Assembly: GCA_944390455.1 (NCBI GenBank)
Contig: CALXPU010000001.1
Location: 72,620-136,619, forward strand
Source: an uncultured Alphaproteobacteria bacterium
GTDB taxonomy: Bacteria > Pseudomonadota > Alphaproteobacteria > RF32 > CAG-239
Direction: 5' to 3'
DNA length: 64,000 nt
Shown here piece after piece: positions 37,564-48,572 of the stretch. Positions within the stretch are counted from its first letter, which is position 1, and the number at the start of each line of letters is the position of its first letter. The translations under genes and the position numbers were made by a program. The notes beneath the pieces were generated by a model, which made no database searches, was not told the DNA's origin, and worked only from the letters and a program-made list of their open reading frames with translations.

Positions 37564-38757
37564 ATGTTTCATCCCGAATATATTAATCCCTCTAAATTGG
37601 TTACTAATGCTGATATCTTAAAATTATTTGAACTTGTTGAAAAACATGGCGGTGTATTGCGATTTGTCGGCGGAGCTGTCAGAGATGCTATTGCCGGCAT
37701 TGAACGCTCTGATATTGACTTAGTTACGGATATGTCTCCATCTGAATTTTCGGATATGTGTATTGATGAGGGCTTAAAATGCGTACCTATTGGTATTCAA
37801 TTTTTTACAACGGGTGTTATTATTAATAACAGTTTTTTTAAAGTTACATCTTTATGTTCCGAAGAGGAAAACAGTAAAGATGAATGGAAAAATGATGCCT
37901 CAAAACGTGATTTAACCATTAATGCGGTTTACGCGGACGACAAAGGAAATGTTTTTGATTATTACAATGGCATAAAAGACCTTGAACAGGGGAATATAAA
38001 ATTTATAGGTTCTCCGCAAGAAACCATTGAAGCAGATTACATCCGTATTATGCGTTTTTTTAGATTCTGTGCAATGTTTGGAAAAAATATAGATCCGAAA
38101 TCATTAAAAGCATGTGTTGACAATAAAGAATTATTGCATAAAGTTTCTTTAGAAAAAATTAAAGAAGAATTATTCAAAATTATTATGGCACCACATGCCG
38201 TTACTGCGTTAAAGCTTATTTTTGATAATAGTATACTTAATTTTTTAATAGCTCCGCCAAAGAGTATCGATAATCTAGGTTTTCTTAGCACATTAGTTAG
38301 CAAATTAGATATTCAGAAAAGTGTTATTCGGAGAATTTATGTTATGTTTGAGCCTGACGTAAAAAGGGCGGGAAGGCTTGCTGATATTTTCAGATTAACC
38401 AAAGAACAAAAAGAACATCTCATAGAGTTATGCAAGGCTCATATAACGTTTAAATCCTTTAAAGACAATGTTTCAATCCGACAAATTTTATTTAGATATG
38501 GAAAAGAAATTTGTATTGATAAGTGGTTGTGCTTGAATTTAGAAACTGAAAACTTAGATTCAGTCAAAAGCACTTTAAATACACTGTACAATACAAACAC
38601 TCCTATTTTCCCTCTTTCAGGAAAAGATCTTATAGAGATAGGCGCAGATCCTAAACTAGTTGGCTTATATTTAGATGGTTTAAAAAAGGATTGGTTTGAG
38701 AATGGTTGTCTATCAAGTAAAGAAGATTTAATAGCAAAATATAACGCCATATTTTAA
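37564..38757 (+). CDS. cca: CCA tRNA nucleotidyltransferase / poly(A) polymerase family protein
   Basis: Head domain RFVGGAVRD...DIDL (polymerase beta nucleotidyltransferase) with RDLTINA. Confidence 0.82.
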   Translation: MFHPEYINPSKLVTNADILKLFELVEKHGGVLRFVGGAVRDAIAGIERSDIDLVTDMSPSEFSDMCIDEGLKCVPIGIQFFTTGVIINNSFFKVTSLCSEEENSKDEWKNDASKRDLTINAVYADDKGNVFDYYNGIKDLEQGNIKFIGSPQETIEADYIRIMRFFRFCAMFGKNIDPKSLKACVDNKELLHKVSLEKIKEELFKIIMAPHAVTALKLIFDNSILNFLIAPPKSIDNLGFLSTLVSKLDIQKSVIRRIYVMFEPDVKRAGRLADIFRLTKEQKEHLIELCKAHITFKSFKDNVSIRQILFRYGKEICIDKWLCLNLETENLDSVKSTLNTLYNTNTPIFPLSGKDLIEIGADPKLVGLYLDGLKKDWFENGCLSSKEDLIAKYNAIF

Positions 38758-38999
38758 ATACATTGTTATTCATTCTTTTATCACACAAAAAAATCAATAA
38801 AAACAACACTTTATAAGCCATCTCTTTTTTTTAACTTTTGAGACGGTATTTTTGATATTTTTATACAATCCTTCACAAGAACCCTAAAAAACGTTCTACG
38901 CTAAAAAAATCGCCTTTATAGGCTTTTTTATATAAAAACACATATTTTGAATAACCAATAATTTTTGTTTACATAAAATTTTCTTGATGATTCAAAAAA

Positions 39000-39021
39000 A
39001 CTTCTCTGTTATGAGAAGTTT
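39000..39021 (-). terminator. rho-independent terminator of parB (bidirectional-looking)
   Basis: ACTTCTC-TGTTATG-AGAAGT hairpin 12 nt past the parB stop, with T-runs on both sides. Confidence 0.6.
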
Positions 39022-39031
39022 CGATTTTTAT

Positions 39032-39922
39032 TTAACTATTTTTGTTTCTTTCCAAAATTTCTAAAATTTGATTCAACTCTGATGGATTTTTATATTCTAT
39101 GGTTACTTTTCCTTTGTCGTTTTCACCGGCATTAATTTTCACTCTCATACCAATATTTTTTGATAAATCTTTTTCAAGTTCTTTTAAGCTTGGATCTTTT
39201 TTGATACTTTTGCTAATTTGTGTCAGAGCATTATTTTTTATCTTATTTACTAAATCCTCTGTCTGACGAACGGTTAATCCTTTATCTACAATCTTTTTAG
39301 CGATTTCTTCCGCATTATCCAGACCAATTAAAGCTCTAGCATGTCCGGCACTCAAAACATTATTTTTTATCATTTCTTGAATTGATACAGGTAGGCTTAA
39401 TAATCTTAAAGTATTTGTTATATAACTTCTAGATTTCCCGACTATTTGTGATAAAGCCTCATGAGTATGCGAAAACTCATTTATCAAGCGATTAAATCCT
39501 TCTGCCTCTTCTATTGCTGTTAAATTCTCACGCAGCAAGTTTTCTATTAAGGCTACCTCAAGAACTTCTTGATTATCTAATTCTTTTTCAATTACAGGAA
39601 CTTCGTTTAAGCCTGCAATTTTAGAAGCTCTCCAACGACGCTCCCCAGCAATAATCTCGTATTTTTCTCCATTTTTTCTAACCAAAAGTGGTTGCAAAAC
39701 TCCTTTTTCTTTAATTGAATTAACAAGGGCATCTAAAGCTTCTTGATTAAATTCTTTACGTGGTTGATATTTACTTGGCTCGAGATCTTCAACCTTTACC
39801 GTTTTTATTCCTGTTTCAGATATGTCTCCGGTATTAATGCTATCTAGATTAAAGCTCAAATCATCTTCACCTAAGAGAGCTTCCAATCCTCTACCTAATC
39901 CGTGTTTTTTATTCATTGACAT
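39032..39922 (-). CDS. parB: chromosome partitioning protein ParB
   Basis: ParB box GERRWRASK, HTH region, order parA-parB. Confidence 0.92.
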   Translation of the reverse strand: MSMNKKHGLGRGLEALLGEDDLSFNLDSINTGDISETGIKTVKVEDLEPSKYQPRKEFNQEALDALVNSIKEKGVLQPLLVRKNGEKYEIIAGERRWRASKIAGLNEVPVIEKELDNQEVLEVALIENLLRENLTAIEEAEGFNRLINEFSHTHEALSQIVGKSRSYITNTLRLLSLPVSIQEMIKNNVLSAGHARALIGLDNAEEIAKKIVDKGLTVRQTEDLVNKIKNNALTQISKSIKKDPSLKELEKDLSKNIGMRVKINAGENDKGKVTIEYKNPSELNQILEILERNKNS

Positions 39923-39924
39923 AT

Positions 39925-40695
39925 CTATATCTCCTTTTCTCTTTTTAAAACTTCTTTTGCTAAATTTAAATAAGCTTTTGCACCATTACTCTTAAAATCA
40001 TAAATTAATACAGGTTGCCCGTGTGAAGGTGCTTCTGAAATTCGAACACTTCTAGGTATAACTGTTTTATAAACTTTAGTTCCAAAATATTTACGTACAT
40101 CTGTTTCAACCATTTGACTAAGATTGTTTCTTTTATCAAACATGGTTAAAACAATTCCTTGTAAATCTAATTTTGAGTTAAAATTCTTTTTGATGATATT
40201 AATATTTTTGATTAAATCAGTTAAACCTTCAAGTGCTAAAAATTCACTTTGTAAAGGAACTATTACAGAATCTGAAGAAACTAGAGCATTTATTGTAATT
40301 AAATTTAATGAAGGAGGACAATCTATTAATATATAGTCATATTTGCCACTCAACATATTTAAAGCATTTTTTAGTACATATTCTCTTCTATTTACATCTA
40401 TCAATTCTATTTCTGCAGCAGCTAAAGCAGGAGCTGATGGCAAAATATCAAATTTCTTTATATCCGTTTTTACAATAGCGTCTTCAGCTTTGCAATTATT
40501 TATCATTAAATCGTATGTTGAAAATAGGCATTTATTTTTATTGATACCTAATGATGTTGTTGCATTACCTTGTGGATCCATATCTAAAATAAGCACACGC
40601 TTTCCGATAGCCGCCATTGCGGTAGCTATGTTCACAGCGGTTGTCGTCTTACCAACGCCACCTTTACGGTTGGCTATAGATATAATTTTTACCAT
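39925..40695 (-). CDS. parA: chromosome partitioning ATPase ParA
   Basis: Deviant Walker A KGGVGKTTTAVN. Followed by parB. Confidence 0.92.
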   Translation of the reverse strand: MVKIISIANRKGGVGKTTTAVNIATAMAAIGKRVLILDMDPQGNATTSLGINKNKCLFSTYDLMINNCKAEDAIVKTDIKKFDILPSAPALAAAEIELIDVNRREYVLKNALNMLSGKYDYILIDCPPSLNLITINALVSSDSVIVPLQSEFLALEGLTDLIKNINIIKKNFNSKLDLQGIVLTMFDKRNNLSQMVETDVRKYFGTKVYKTVIPRSVRISEAPSHGQPVLIYDFKSNGAKAYLNLAKEVLKREKEI

Positions 40696-41312
40696 TACAA
40701 TTTTCTCCTTAAATCGCTTATGCGTAAAATTTTTCCTACATCACTGGTATCACTATTGTAAACTTCATATTTATATAACCATTTCATTAGAGCCTCATCA
40801 TTTTCTAAAGACCAATTTTCTCCTTTGGGTAAAATTAATCTTGTTTCTTTTTTACAAAATGGTTTAGCGTAATCTAAAAGTTTTGGAAGAGCAGCCAGAG
40901 CTCTTGATGTAATCACATCAACTTTTCCAATATTTAATTTTTCGATTCTTTCTTGATGTATTTCCATATTTAAATTTAGTTGTTCATTTACAGCATGCAA
41001 AAATGCTGTTTTTTTACCAATACTTTCCACCAAGTTTATTTGCAAATCAGGATAAATTTCTTGGCAAGCTATTGCTAAAACAACACCTGGGAAACCAGCA
41101 CCAGAACCTAAATCCAATAATATTTTATCTTCATTTGTTATATATTTAATCAACTGCAACGAATCAACAATATGGCGTTCCCAAATCGTCGCTTCTGTTG
41201 ATTTACTTATTAAATTAAATTTACTATTCCACTCTAAAACCAGAGCTTGATAGTTCTTTAATTTTTCATATGTTTCATGTGAAACATTATATTTTTTCTC
41301 TATATCAATCAT
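40695..41312 (-). CDS. rsmG: 16S rRNA m7G527 methyltransferase RsmG (GidB)
   Basis: SAM-binding LDLGSGAGFPG. Position between mnmG and parA. Confidence 0.9.
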   Translation of the reverse strand: MIDIEKKYNVSHETYEKLKNYQALVLEWNSKFNLISKSTEATIWERHIVDSLQLIKYITNEDKILLDLGSGAGFPGVVLAIACQEIYPDLQINLVESIGKKTAFLHAVNEQLNLNMEIHQERIEKLNIGKVDVITSRALAALPKLLDYAKPFCKKETRLILPKGENWSLENDEALMKWLYKYEVYNSDTSDVGKILRISDLRRKL

Positions 41313-41462
41313 ACTCGTAATACTATTTTATGATTTCAGCTTTGTGTATTAAAAAATTAACTTATGAACATTAAATGTTTTAAGCTTATTTTTTTATAAT
41401 CTATTTAATTTATATGCGGAGAATATATCCCCGCATATAAATTTATCTGATATTGTTAAATA

Positions 41463-43310
41463 TTAGTTATTTTTCATATACCCCAAGATTGCCATAATTG
41501 CAGCTGGTGTCACACCTGATATACGAGAAGCCTCCCCAATTGTTTCGGGTCTTACCTTATCAAGTTTACTAACCATTTCTCTGGACAACCCTCCAATTTT
41601 GGTGTAATCAATATTTTTTCGTATTTTTATTCCTTCATCTTTTTTGAATACTTCAATATCACTATTCTGGCGCTTCATATAGCCAGCATATTTTGCTTCT
41701 ATACATATCTGCTCAAACACATCATCTGAAACTTTTTCCATTTCAGGAAATATTTGATTAATTGTTTCACGTGAAACATCGTTATATGCTAACAAATTAA
41801 ATACCGTTTTTCTTCCACCTTCTTTCTTTATAGGAAGATTATATTCATCTATATCCTTTGGTTGCAAATAGTTTTCCTTTGCATACCTCATAGCCGAGTT
41901 AAGTTCTTCTTTTTTTCTTTTAAATACACTGTATCTATTCTCACTAACACAACCAATCTGATATCCTTTTTCAGTCAAACGCAAATCAGCATTGTCAGCT
42001 CTTAAATACAATCTGTATTCAGAACGAGATGTAAACATACGATAGGGTTCATCAACACCTTTAGTGATTAAATCATCAATCATTACCCCTATATAACCTT
42101 CACTTCTATCTATAACAAATTCAGCCCCCTTATTCAAAGCATTCAGAGCAGCATTTATTCCAGCAACAACTCCTTGAGCACCAGCCTCCTCATATCCTGT
42201 TGTTCCGTTAATTTGTCCAGCTAAATATAAACCATCTACTTTTTTTACTTTTAGACAATGATTCAACTCTAAAGGATCAACATAGTCGTATTCTATTGCA
42301 TAGGCGTATCTGGTTATCTTTACATTTTCCAAACCTTTTATGGTATGAATAAATTCTTCTTGAACGTCTGCTGGAAGAGAGGTTGAAATACCATTTGGAT
42401 AAACAATATTCGTATTATACCCTTCTGGTTCTAAGAAAATCTGATGACTTGTTCTATCAGCAAACTTTACTAATTTATCTTCAATACTGGGACAATATCT
42501 TGGTCCAACACCTGTTATTAAACCAGAAAACAATGCACATTTAGAAAAATTATCACGAATAATTTTATGTGTTTTTTCATTTGTCGAGGTTATGTAGCAT
42601 TTAATCTGAGGTTGTTCAATTTTTTCTGTTAAAAAAGAAAAAGGCGTCGGATTTTCATCACCTTCTTGCGTATCTAAAATTTCCCAATTAATTGTGTCTC
42701 CATCCAATCTTGCAGGTGTTCCTGTTTTCAACCGTCCAACCTTTAACCCTGCCGCTTTTAAATACGCTGTTATTCCCTTACAACTTATATCATTTACTCT
42801 TCCTCCAATGGAGGTTTGATGCCCTGTAAACATAACACCATTAAGAAATGTACCAGTCGTTAAAACGACTGACTCAGCATAAAAACATTCTCCAGAATCA
42901 AGTTTAACACCTTTTATTACATTATCTTCAATAACAAGATGTTCAACAGCGCCTTCAATTATATCTAGATTTTTTTGTTCACTTAAAGCTTTTTGCATAA
43001 ATTTTTTATATAAATCTCTATCAGCTTGAGCTCTTGGCCCTCTTACTGCCGGTCCTTTTGATGAATTAAGTAAACGAAATTGTATTCCTGCTTTATCTAT
43101 AACACGTCCCATCAAACCATCAAGGGCATCGATTTCTCTTACTAGATGTCCCTTTCCTAATCCTCCAATAGCCGGGTTGCACGACATTTCCCCTATTGTG
43201 GCAAATTTATGAGTTATTAAAGCTGTTTTTGCTCCCATTCTCGCAGATGCGGCACACGCCTCACATCCAGCATGCCCTCCTCCAATCACCAATACGTCAT
43301 ACTTATTCAT
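41463..43310 (-). CDS. mnmG: tRNA uridine 5-carboxymethylaminomethyl modification enzyme MnmG (GidA)
   Basis: FAD-binding N-terminus [15 protein letters not shown], ~615 aa, conserved GidA C-terminal domain. Confidence 0.93.
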   Translation of the reverse strand: MNKYDVLVIGGGHAGCEACAASARMGAKTALITHKFATIGEMSCNPAIGGLGKGHLVREIDALDGLMGRVIDKAGIQFRLLNSSKGPAVRGPRAQADRDLYKKFMQKALSEQKNLDIIEGAVEHLVIEDNVIKGVKLDSGECFYAESVVLTTGTFLNGVMFTGHQTSIGGRVNDISCKGITAYLKAAGLKVGRLKTGTPARLDGDTINWEILDTQEGDENPTPFSFLTEKIEQPQIKCYITSTNEKTHKIIRDNFSKCALFSGLITGVGPRYCPSIEDKLVKFADRTSHQIFLEPEGYNTNIVYPNGISTSLPADVQEEFIHTIKGLENVKITRYAYAIEYDYVDPLELNHCLKVKKVDGLYLAGQINGTTGYEEAGAQGVVAGINAALNALNKGAEFVIDRSEGYIGVMIDDLITKGVDEPYRMFTSRSEYRLYLRADNADLRLTEKGYQIGCVSENRYSVFKRKKEELNSAMRYAKENYLQPKDIDEYNLPIKKEGGRKTVFNLLAYNDVSRETINQIFPEMEKVSDDVFEQICIEAKYAGYMKRQNSDIEVFKKDEGIKIRKNIDYTKIGGLSREMVSKLDKVRPETIGEASRISGVTPAAIMAILGYMKNN

Positions 43311-43481
43311 TTTATTTTAAATCCTTATTTTAACAAAATTTAACCGGGATTTTAATGTATTTGCTAGATTTTTTCAAGAGTTATCTTTACCATTATTTCA
43401 TTGTTCCTAAAAATATAATTTATTGACATATAATACTTTTAGTTTATTTTATAATTAAAATCAATTTATAATAGGTGTATA

Positions 43482-44828
43482 ATGATAAATAATCTGGAAG
43501 CTTTGGCCGCTAAAAAATATATACTTGTTAAAAATATACTTGATAAATCAAGCAACAAATCTTTTTTTGATAAATTAGATACTCTTATTTTAAAAAAATG
43601 TTTTGATAATGCTTATGAATATTCACTTGCTGAAAGTATTGAACGTATAAATAATTGCAATTTATCAAGCAGAGATATTACTGAGATAATTAACAATTTT
43701 ACATGTTCTGTTGAAAATAATTTGATTTTTAATAATAGATCTTTGTATGAGATGGTAAAATTATCAATCTTACCTTCAAAAAAATTAAACAAGACTATTT
43801 CTATTGATAATTATTTGAAAATAGCCACATATTTACATTATGTTTCACATGAAACAAAATTTATTAGATTTGATTTTTTGGTTTTACGAATAACTGATAA
43901 CTTCTTAGTAAGAATAGATGATATCAAAAATGACAAATTAACTCAGAAATATTTAAATTTAAAAAAATCAATTTTAGAAAAAATGGTTATTTTTTCCTAT
44001 TCAAAAGAAAATAAGAACAAAGAAACAACCTTTTTGTGTTGGATTGATAGACTGCTTTTAGCAGCTGTGGAGCAAGAAATAGATATAAAATCATTCATTA
44101 ATATCTCTAAAAAAATTTTATGCCTTACAGATGATTCTATTTACGTTTTATGGAAATTGGTTAACTCTATCAATTATCTATTATCTATACAAGAAATTGA
44201 TTTTGAGAATAAATTAAGAAATTATAAGTTAGAGCTGGAAAAACATATAGAAAATAGATATTCTTGCTCAAAAGTATCCGATATAGATTTAGAAAATATA
44301 CTTATAAATACACTAGCAAAACAAACTATAGCTAGAGAGGATTTTTATTATTTATTTGACGCTTTGATAATGGCTTCAAAAACTTCAGAAAAAAATAAGC
44401 TATTTAGCCTTCAGCTATGCAATTATCTACTTTATTATGATCATAAAAAACACTTGTTTAGTTACAGATATATAAGAAAACACTTTGCAGATAATCTATT
44501 TTCTATGTTTAGCAAAAACGATATTATTGAGATTAAACTTAAAGAACTACAACTACTTATTTGCTTGTGGTTTAATGATGTCTTTTTTTGCTTTGAAAAA
44601 AAGAGGGTTCTATTCAGTATCATTAATATTTTAAAATCAATAAGTACAAGTGAAGTAAAATTAAATCATAATAATTTTTATAAATACTGTGATATTTTAG
44701 ACTATATGATTGCTAACGATAACGATTCATCAATTCCTGATATTGTTGATTTTTTAGCAACAAACAATCAAAATAAACACCAAATTGCGAAACATTTTAA
44801 ATTAATTAAAAGCAGAAAACTCTTTTAA
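43482..44828 (+). CDS. hypothetical protein, 448 aa, extremely AT-rich, no recognisable domain
   Basis: Long uninterrupted ORF on the strand opposite the conserved flanking genes. The eye-estimated GC (~25%) is well below the neighbours. No signal peptide or TM. Composition rich in L/I/K/N. Confidence 0.5.
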   Translation: MINNLEALAAKKYILVKNILDKSSNKSFFDKLDTLILKKCFDNAYEYSLAESIERINNCNLSSRDITEIINNFTCSVENNLIFNNRSLYEMVKLSILPSKKLNKTISIDNYLKIATYLHYVSHETKFIRFDFLVLRITDNFLVRIDDIKNDKLTQKYLNLKKSILEKMVIFSYSKENKNKETTFLCWIDRLLLAAVEQEIDIKSFINISKKILCLTDDSIYVLWKLVNSINYLLSIQEIDFENKLRNYKLELEKHIENRYSCSKVSDIDLENILINTLAKQTIAREDFYYLFDALIMASKTSEKNKLFSLQLCNYLLYYDHKKHLFSYRYIRKHFADNLFSMFSKNDIIEIKLKELQLLICLWFNDVFFCFEKKRVLFSIINILKSISTSEVKLNHNNFYKYCDILDYMIANDNDSSIPDIVDFLATNNQNKHQIAKHFKLIKSRKLF

Positions 44829-44836
44829 ATACACCG

Positions 44837-46177
44837 TTATTTTCCAATACAAAAACTTCCAAAAATATTATTTAAAATCTCGTCAACTTCAACATATCCC
44901 GTAATCTTTCCAATAGCTCTACATGCTAACCGAATGTCTTCGACTGACAATTCAATTTCCTTATTAAGGTTAAAGATATCGAGATTATCAAGGCATTCCT
45001 CCAAGGCTTTACGATATCTAATTCGTGTTATCAAGCAGTTTGCAGAGGATGAGAAATTATCTTGAATAGTTTCGATAATAGCCTTTGTTAATTCATCAAT
45101 TCCTTGATTATATTTCGCAGAGATTTTTATATGTTTTTTATACTCAACATTGCTTATTTGTTCAGCTGATAGTTTATCAATTTTGTTGGCAACGTAAAAT
45201 ACTTTGCCTTTGAAATCTTTTAGCACTTTAAATTCACTGTTCACATCGCTTGAAGCATCATATAAAGCTATAACAATATCAGCTTCAGATATTTTTTCTT
45301 TTGCAATTTCTATACCTTGTTTTTCTATAGGATTTTCGGTTTCTCTAATGCCCGCGGTATCAGTTATAATTACAGGGTATCCCCCCATATCTAGATTTAT
45401 ATCAATAGCATCGCGAGTTGTACCAGCTATATCTGAAACAATAACGGCATTTCTTTTAACAAGGGCATTTATTAGACTAGATTTTCCAGCATTTGCTTCA
45501 CCGGCAATAACTATGCGAAAACCATTTCTCAACCTTTCATTTACATTATTCTGCTGTAAATGGGTTTCTATCTCGTTTTTCACTTTAAATACAGTGTTTA
45601 AAATATCTTCAGATAAATTTTCTGGAATATCTTCTTCTGGAAAATCAATAAAAGCTTCTAAATAAGATAATACTTTTACTAAATCCTCTCTCCACGTCGA
45701 ATATAAAGTCCTTAAATTTCCTTCCATCTGATGCAAAGCATATTTCTGTTGCATAGACGTTTCAGCATCAATCAAATCAGCAAGGCCTTCAGCTTCTGTT
45801 AAATCCATTTTTTGATTGTAGAATGATCGTTTAGAATACTCTCCAGGTTCTGCTAAGCGAACATTATCAAATTCGCTTAATTCATTCAGAATGCTGGTCA
45901 AAACAGCTTTTGAGCCATGACATTGTATTTCTGCAATATCTTCACCTGTAAAAGAATGAGGAGCTTTGAAGTATAGTACTAGTGCTTTATCTAGCAATTC
46001 CTTTGTTGTTTTTTTTCTAATCGAAGTGAAATAAGCGTGTCGTGGTTTAATCGTTGAAGCATTTATATCTGTCATTTGCGAGATAATATTTAATACTTCT
46101 TCGCCAGAAATTCTAATGACGGCTACACCAGATTTTCCATACACTGTTGATAAAGCATATATTGTAGATGAAGACAT
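44837..46177 (-). CDS. mnmE: tRNA modification GTPase MnmE (TrmE)
   Basis: G1 GEANAGKSSL, G3 DTAGIRE, NKID G4, C-terminal CIGK tetrapeptide. Confidence 0.93.
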   Translation of the reverse strand: MSSSTIYALSTVYGKSGVAVIRISGEEVLNIISQMTDINASTIKPRHAYFTSIRKKTTKELLDKALVLYFKAPHSFTGEDIAEIQCHGSKAVLTSILNELSEFDNVRLAEPGEYSKRSFYNQKMDLTEAEGLADLIDAETSMQQKYALHQMEGNLRTLYSTWREDLVKVLSYLEAFIDFPEEDIPENLSEDILNTVFKVKNEIETHLQQNNVNERLRNGFRIVIAGEANAGKSSLINALVKRNAVIVSDIAGTTRDAIDINLDMGGYPVIITDTAGIRETENPIEKQGIEIAKEKISEADIVIALYDASSDVNSEFKVLKDFKGKVFYVANKIDKLSAEQISNVEYKKHIKISAKYNQGIDELTKAIIETIQDNFSSSANCLITRIRYRKALEECLDNLDIFNLNKEIELSVEDIRLACRAIGKITGYVEVDEILNNIFGSFCIGK

Positions 46178-46314
46178 TTTAACTCCTTTTCTTTTTTTCT
46201 TATAAGTAGCTCTTTTTGTATTTTACGCAACAAAAATTTAATTCTCTATGAAAAAATTATAAGAATTTTAACGCATATCTCTTTAATTTGTGTTTATGTT
46301 TACAAGAGGATGAT

Positions 46315-47322
46315 ATGAACAGTACGCGTATTGCTTTTTTTGATATTGCTAAATTCATTGCTATGATGATGGTTATTTTGGGACATTTTGGTGTACCTGA
46401 TATTAACCGTTTTGTGTTTACTTTTCATATTCCTCTTTTTTTCCTAATAAGTGGTTATTTTTTTCATCCTTATGAAAAAACTTTTTCGCTTTTGAAGATT
46501 AAAGCAAGACAACTCCTTATTCCATATTTATTTACAATGGTTTCGGTTATCTTTATTTATATTCTAAGGGAAATTAGTAATAAAGAGACCTTTTTTAATA
46601 TCGCCAAAGGTATTGGCGACTATATTATCGGCTATTTATATGGAAGTGGGTATATTGATACAGTTTTTGGACATTATATTGAAATAGTCGGTCCTATTTG
46701 GTTTTGCTTAGCGCTCTTTGGAAATTTTGTTTTACTTAATTGTATTTTAAAAACAAAATATCCTCTATTTTATGTTTTTTTATGCTTTGTTATTGGATAT
46801 TGGTCCAGTCAATATGTTTGGTTACCTCTCAGTATTCAATCTTCCTTAACCTCTTTATTTTTCTTTTATTTAGGATATCAAGCAAAGCTTTATAATATTT
46901 TGAATAAAACACCTTGTGTTTCTCATATTTTGCCTCTTTTGTGTATTTGGGGAATTGGTTTGAGTTATGGTGGACAATTTTTAATTGTGCAAAATTATTC
47001 AGTTTCTTTGATATCTGATATTACTGTCGCTTTATCAGCGTGTTACTTAGTTGTGCTCTATTGTCAGTGGCTAGAAAATGACTCTACCTCTGCAAAGATT
47101 ATGGCTTTTTTGGGAAAATATACTATTGTTATGCTCTGTTTTCATAGTATTGATGTCAACATAATGCCTTGGAATGAATATTTTAAAACGCCAAATACTA
47201 GTGGAACTGTTATTTTTATAAAAGTACTAATTACTTTTGTAAAATTTTTATTCCCAATATTTGGCGCTGTACTTGTTTCAAAATCATCAGTATTAAAAAG
47301 ATTTTTTGCTCTGAAATATTAG
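46315..47322 (+). CDS. acyltransferase family 3 (OatA/OafA-like membrane O-acyltransferase)
   Basis: N-terminus [21 protein letters not shown] (acyl_transf_3 signature with the catalytic His in TM1), ~10 TM segments. On the strand opposite mnmE/rho; overlaps the rho stop by 4 nt. Confidence 0.7.
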   Translation: MNSTRIAFFDIAKFIAMMMVILGHFGVPDINRFVFTFHIPLFFLISGYFFHPYEKTFSLLKIKARQLLIPYLFTMVSVIFIYILREISNKETFFNIAKGIGDYIIGYLYGSGYIDTVFGHYIEIVGPIWFCLALFGNFVLLNCILKTKYPLFYVFLCFVIGYWSSQYVWLPLSIQSSLTSLFFFYLGYQAKLYNILNKTPCVSHILPLLCIWGIGLSYGGQFLIVQNYSVSLISDITVALSACYLVVLYCQWLENDSTSAKIMAFLGKYTIVMLCFHSIDVNIMPWNEYFKTPNTSGTVIFIKVLITFVKFLFPIFGAVLVSKSSVLKRFFALKY

Positions 47323-48572
47323 CTATTCATATTATCAAAGAAATCTTTATTATCCTTAGATTGGCGTAATTTATCCAATAAGAATTCCATACCATCAGTC
47401 ATTCCCATTTGCATTAAAACACGACGCAGTACCCACATTTTTGTAAGTGTTGCTTTATCAACGAGTAATTCTTCTTTTCTGGTTCCAGATCGTGTTATAT
47501 CTATAGTCGGGAATAAACGTTTATCGGTTAATTTTCTATCTAAGATAATTTCAGAGTTACCGGTTCCTTTGAATTCTTCAAAAATAACTTCATCCATTCT
47601 TGAACCTGTATCAATTAAAGCTGTTGCTATAATGGTTAAAGATCCTCCCTCTTCAACATTACGAGCGGCACCTAAAAGTCTTTTGGGACGTTGTAACGCA
47701 TTAGCATCAACCCCTCCGGTTAATACTTTTCCGGATGATGGCAATACTGTATTATACGCACGGCCAAGTCTAGTTATGGAATCCAATAAAATTACAACAT
47801 CTTTTTTTGTTTCTACAAGACGCTTAGCCTTTTCTATAACCATTTCAGCAACTTGTACGTGACGAGCTGCTGGTTCATCAAAGGTGGATGATATAACTTC
47901 ACCTTTTACAGAACGTGTCATATCAGTTACTTCTTCCGGACGTTCATCAATTAATAAAACTATTAAGTAAATTTCCGGATGATTTACGGCAATCGCATGT
48001 GCAATATTCTGCAACATAACCGTTTTACCAGTTCTTGGAGGTGCAACTATCAACCCGCGTTGTCCTTTTCCCTGAGGAGAAATTAAATCTATAACTCTTG
48101 TTGTATAATCTTTTTCTCCGCAAATAATATCAAAATTTAATTTTTCTGTTGGATATAGTGGTGTCAGATTATCAAAATTTATGCGTAATTTAGATTTTTC
48201 CGGATCATCGTAGTTGATTGTATTTATTTTGGTTAGCGCAAAATATCTTTCGTTTTCTTTAGGGGCTCTAATTTCACCCTCAACAGTATCTCCTGTTCTT
48301 AATCCGTATTTTTTTACTTGTTGGGGAGATACGTATATATCATCCGCAGATGCTAAATAATTTGATTTGGATGAGCGCAAAAAACCAAAACCATCTTGCA
48401 TTACTTCAATAACGCCATCACCATACAAAATGTGATCATCTTCCGCAACTTTTTTCATAATGGCAAAAATTAAATCTTGAACACGCATAGATGAAGCGTC
48501 TTCAACTCCCAACTCTTCAGCTTGACTTAAGAGCTGTTTGGGAGATTTATCCTTTAAATCTTTTAAATGCAT
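47319..48572 (-). CDS. rho: transcription termination factor Rho
   Basis: N-terminal cold-shock-like RNA-binding domain, Walker [14 protein letters not shown] and R loops. Confidence 0.95.
   Translation of the reverse strand: MHLKDLKDKSPKQLLSQAEELGVEDASSMRVQDLIFAIMKKVAEDDHILYGDGVIEVMQDGFGFLRSSKSNYLASADDIYVSPQQVKKYGLRTGDTVEGEIRAPKENERYFALTKINTINYDDPEKSKLRINFDNLTPLYPTEKLNFDIICGEKDYTTRVIDLISPQGKGQRGLIVAPPRTGKTVMLQNIAHAIAVNHPEIYLIVLLIDERPEEVTDMTRSVKGEVISSTFDEPAARHVQVAEMVIEKAKRLVETKKDVVILLDSITRLGRAYNTVLPSSGKVLTGGVDANALQRPKRLLGAARNVEEGGSLTIIATALIDTGSRMDEVIFEEFKGTGNSEIILDRKLTDKRLFPTIDITRSGTRKEELLVDKATLTKMWVLRRVLMQMGMTDGMEFLLDKLRQSKDNKDFFDNMNS

Noticed and set aside
38758-39031. Possible oriC/DnaA-box cluster in the 274-bp AT-rich region beside parB (and in 43311-43481 beside mnmG)
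   Set aside because: Only one imperfect DnaA-box-like 9-mer (TTATCACAC) was seen, with no cluster. Alphaproteobacterial oriC normally lies near hemE rather than the gid/par block. The region is better explained as the parB terminator plus the cca downstream spacer.
40343-40867. 174-aa plus-strand ORF spanning the parA/rsmG junction; also 45204-45665 inside mnmE, 36593-37069 over rlmN/ialB, 9629-9958 inside tolA and 1421-1798 inside the omp gene
   Set aside because: All are antisense shadows of well-supported genes with low-complexity or hydrophobic nonsense translations and no RBS.
43425-43445. TTGACA immediately followed by TATAAT upstream of the orphan ORF
   Set aside because: The two hexamers are contiguous with a 0-nt spacer, so they cannot be a functional -35/-10 pair. 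It may be chance in AT-rich DNA.
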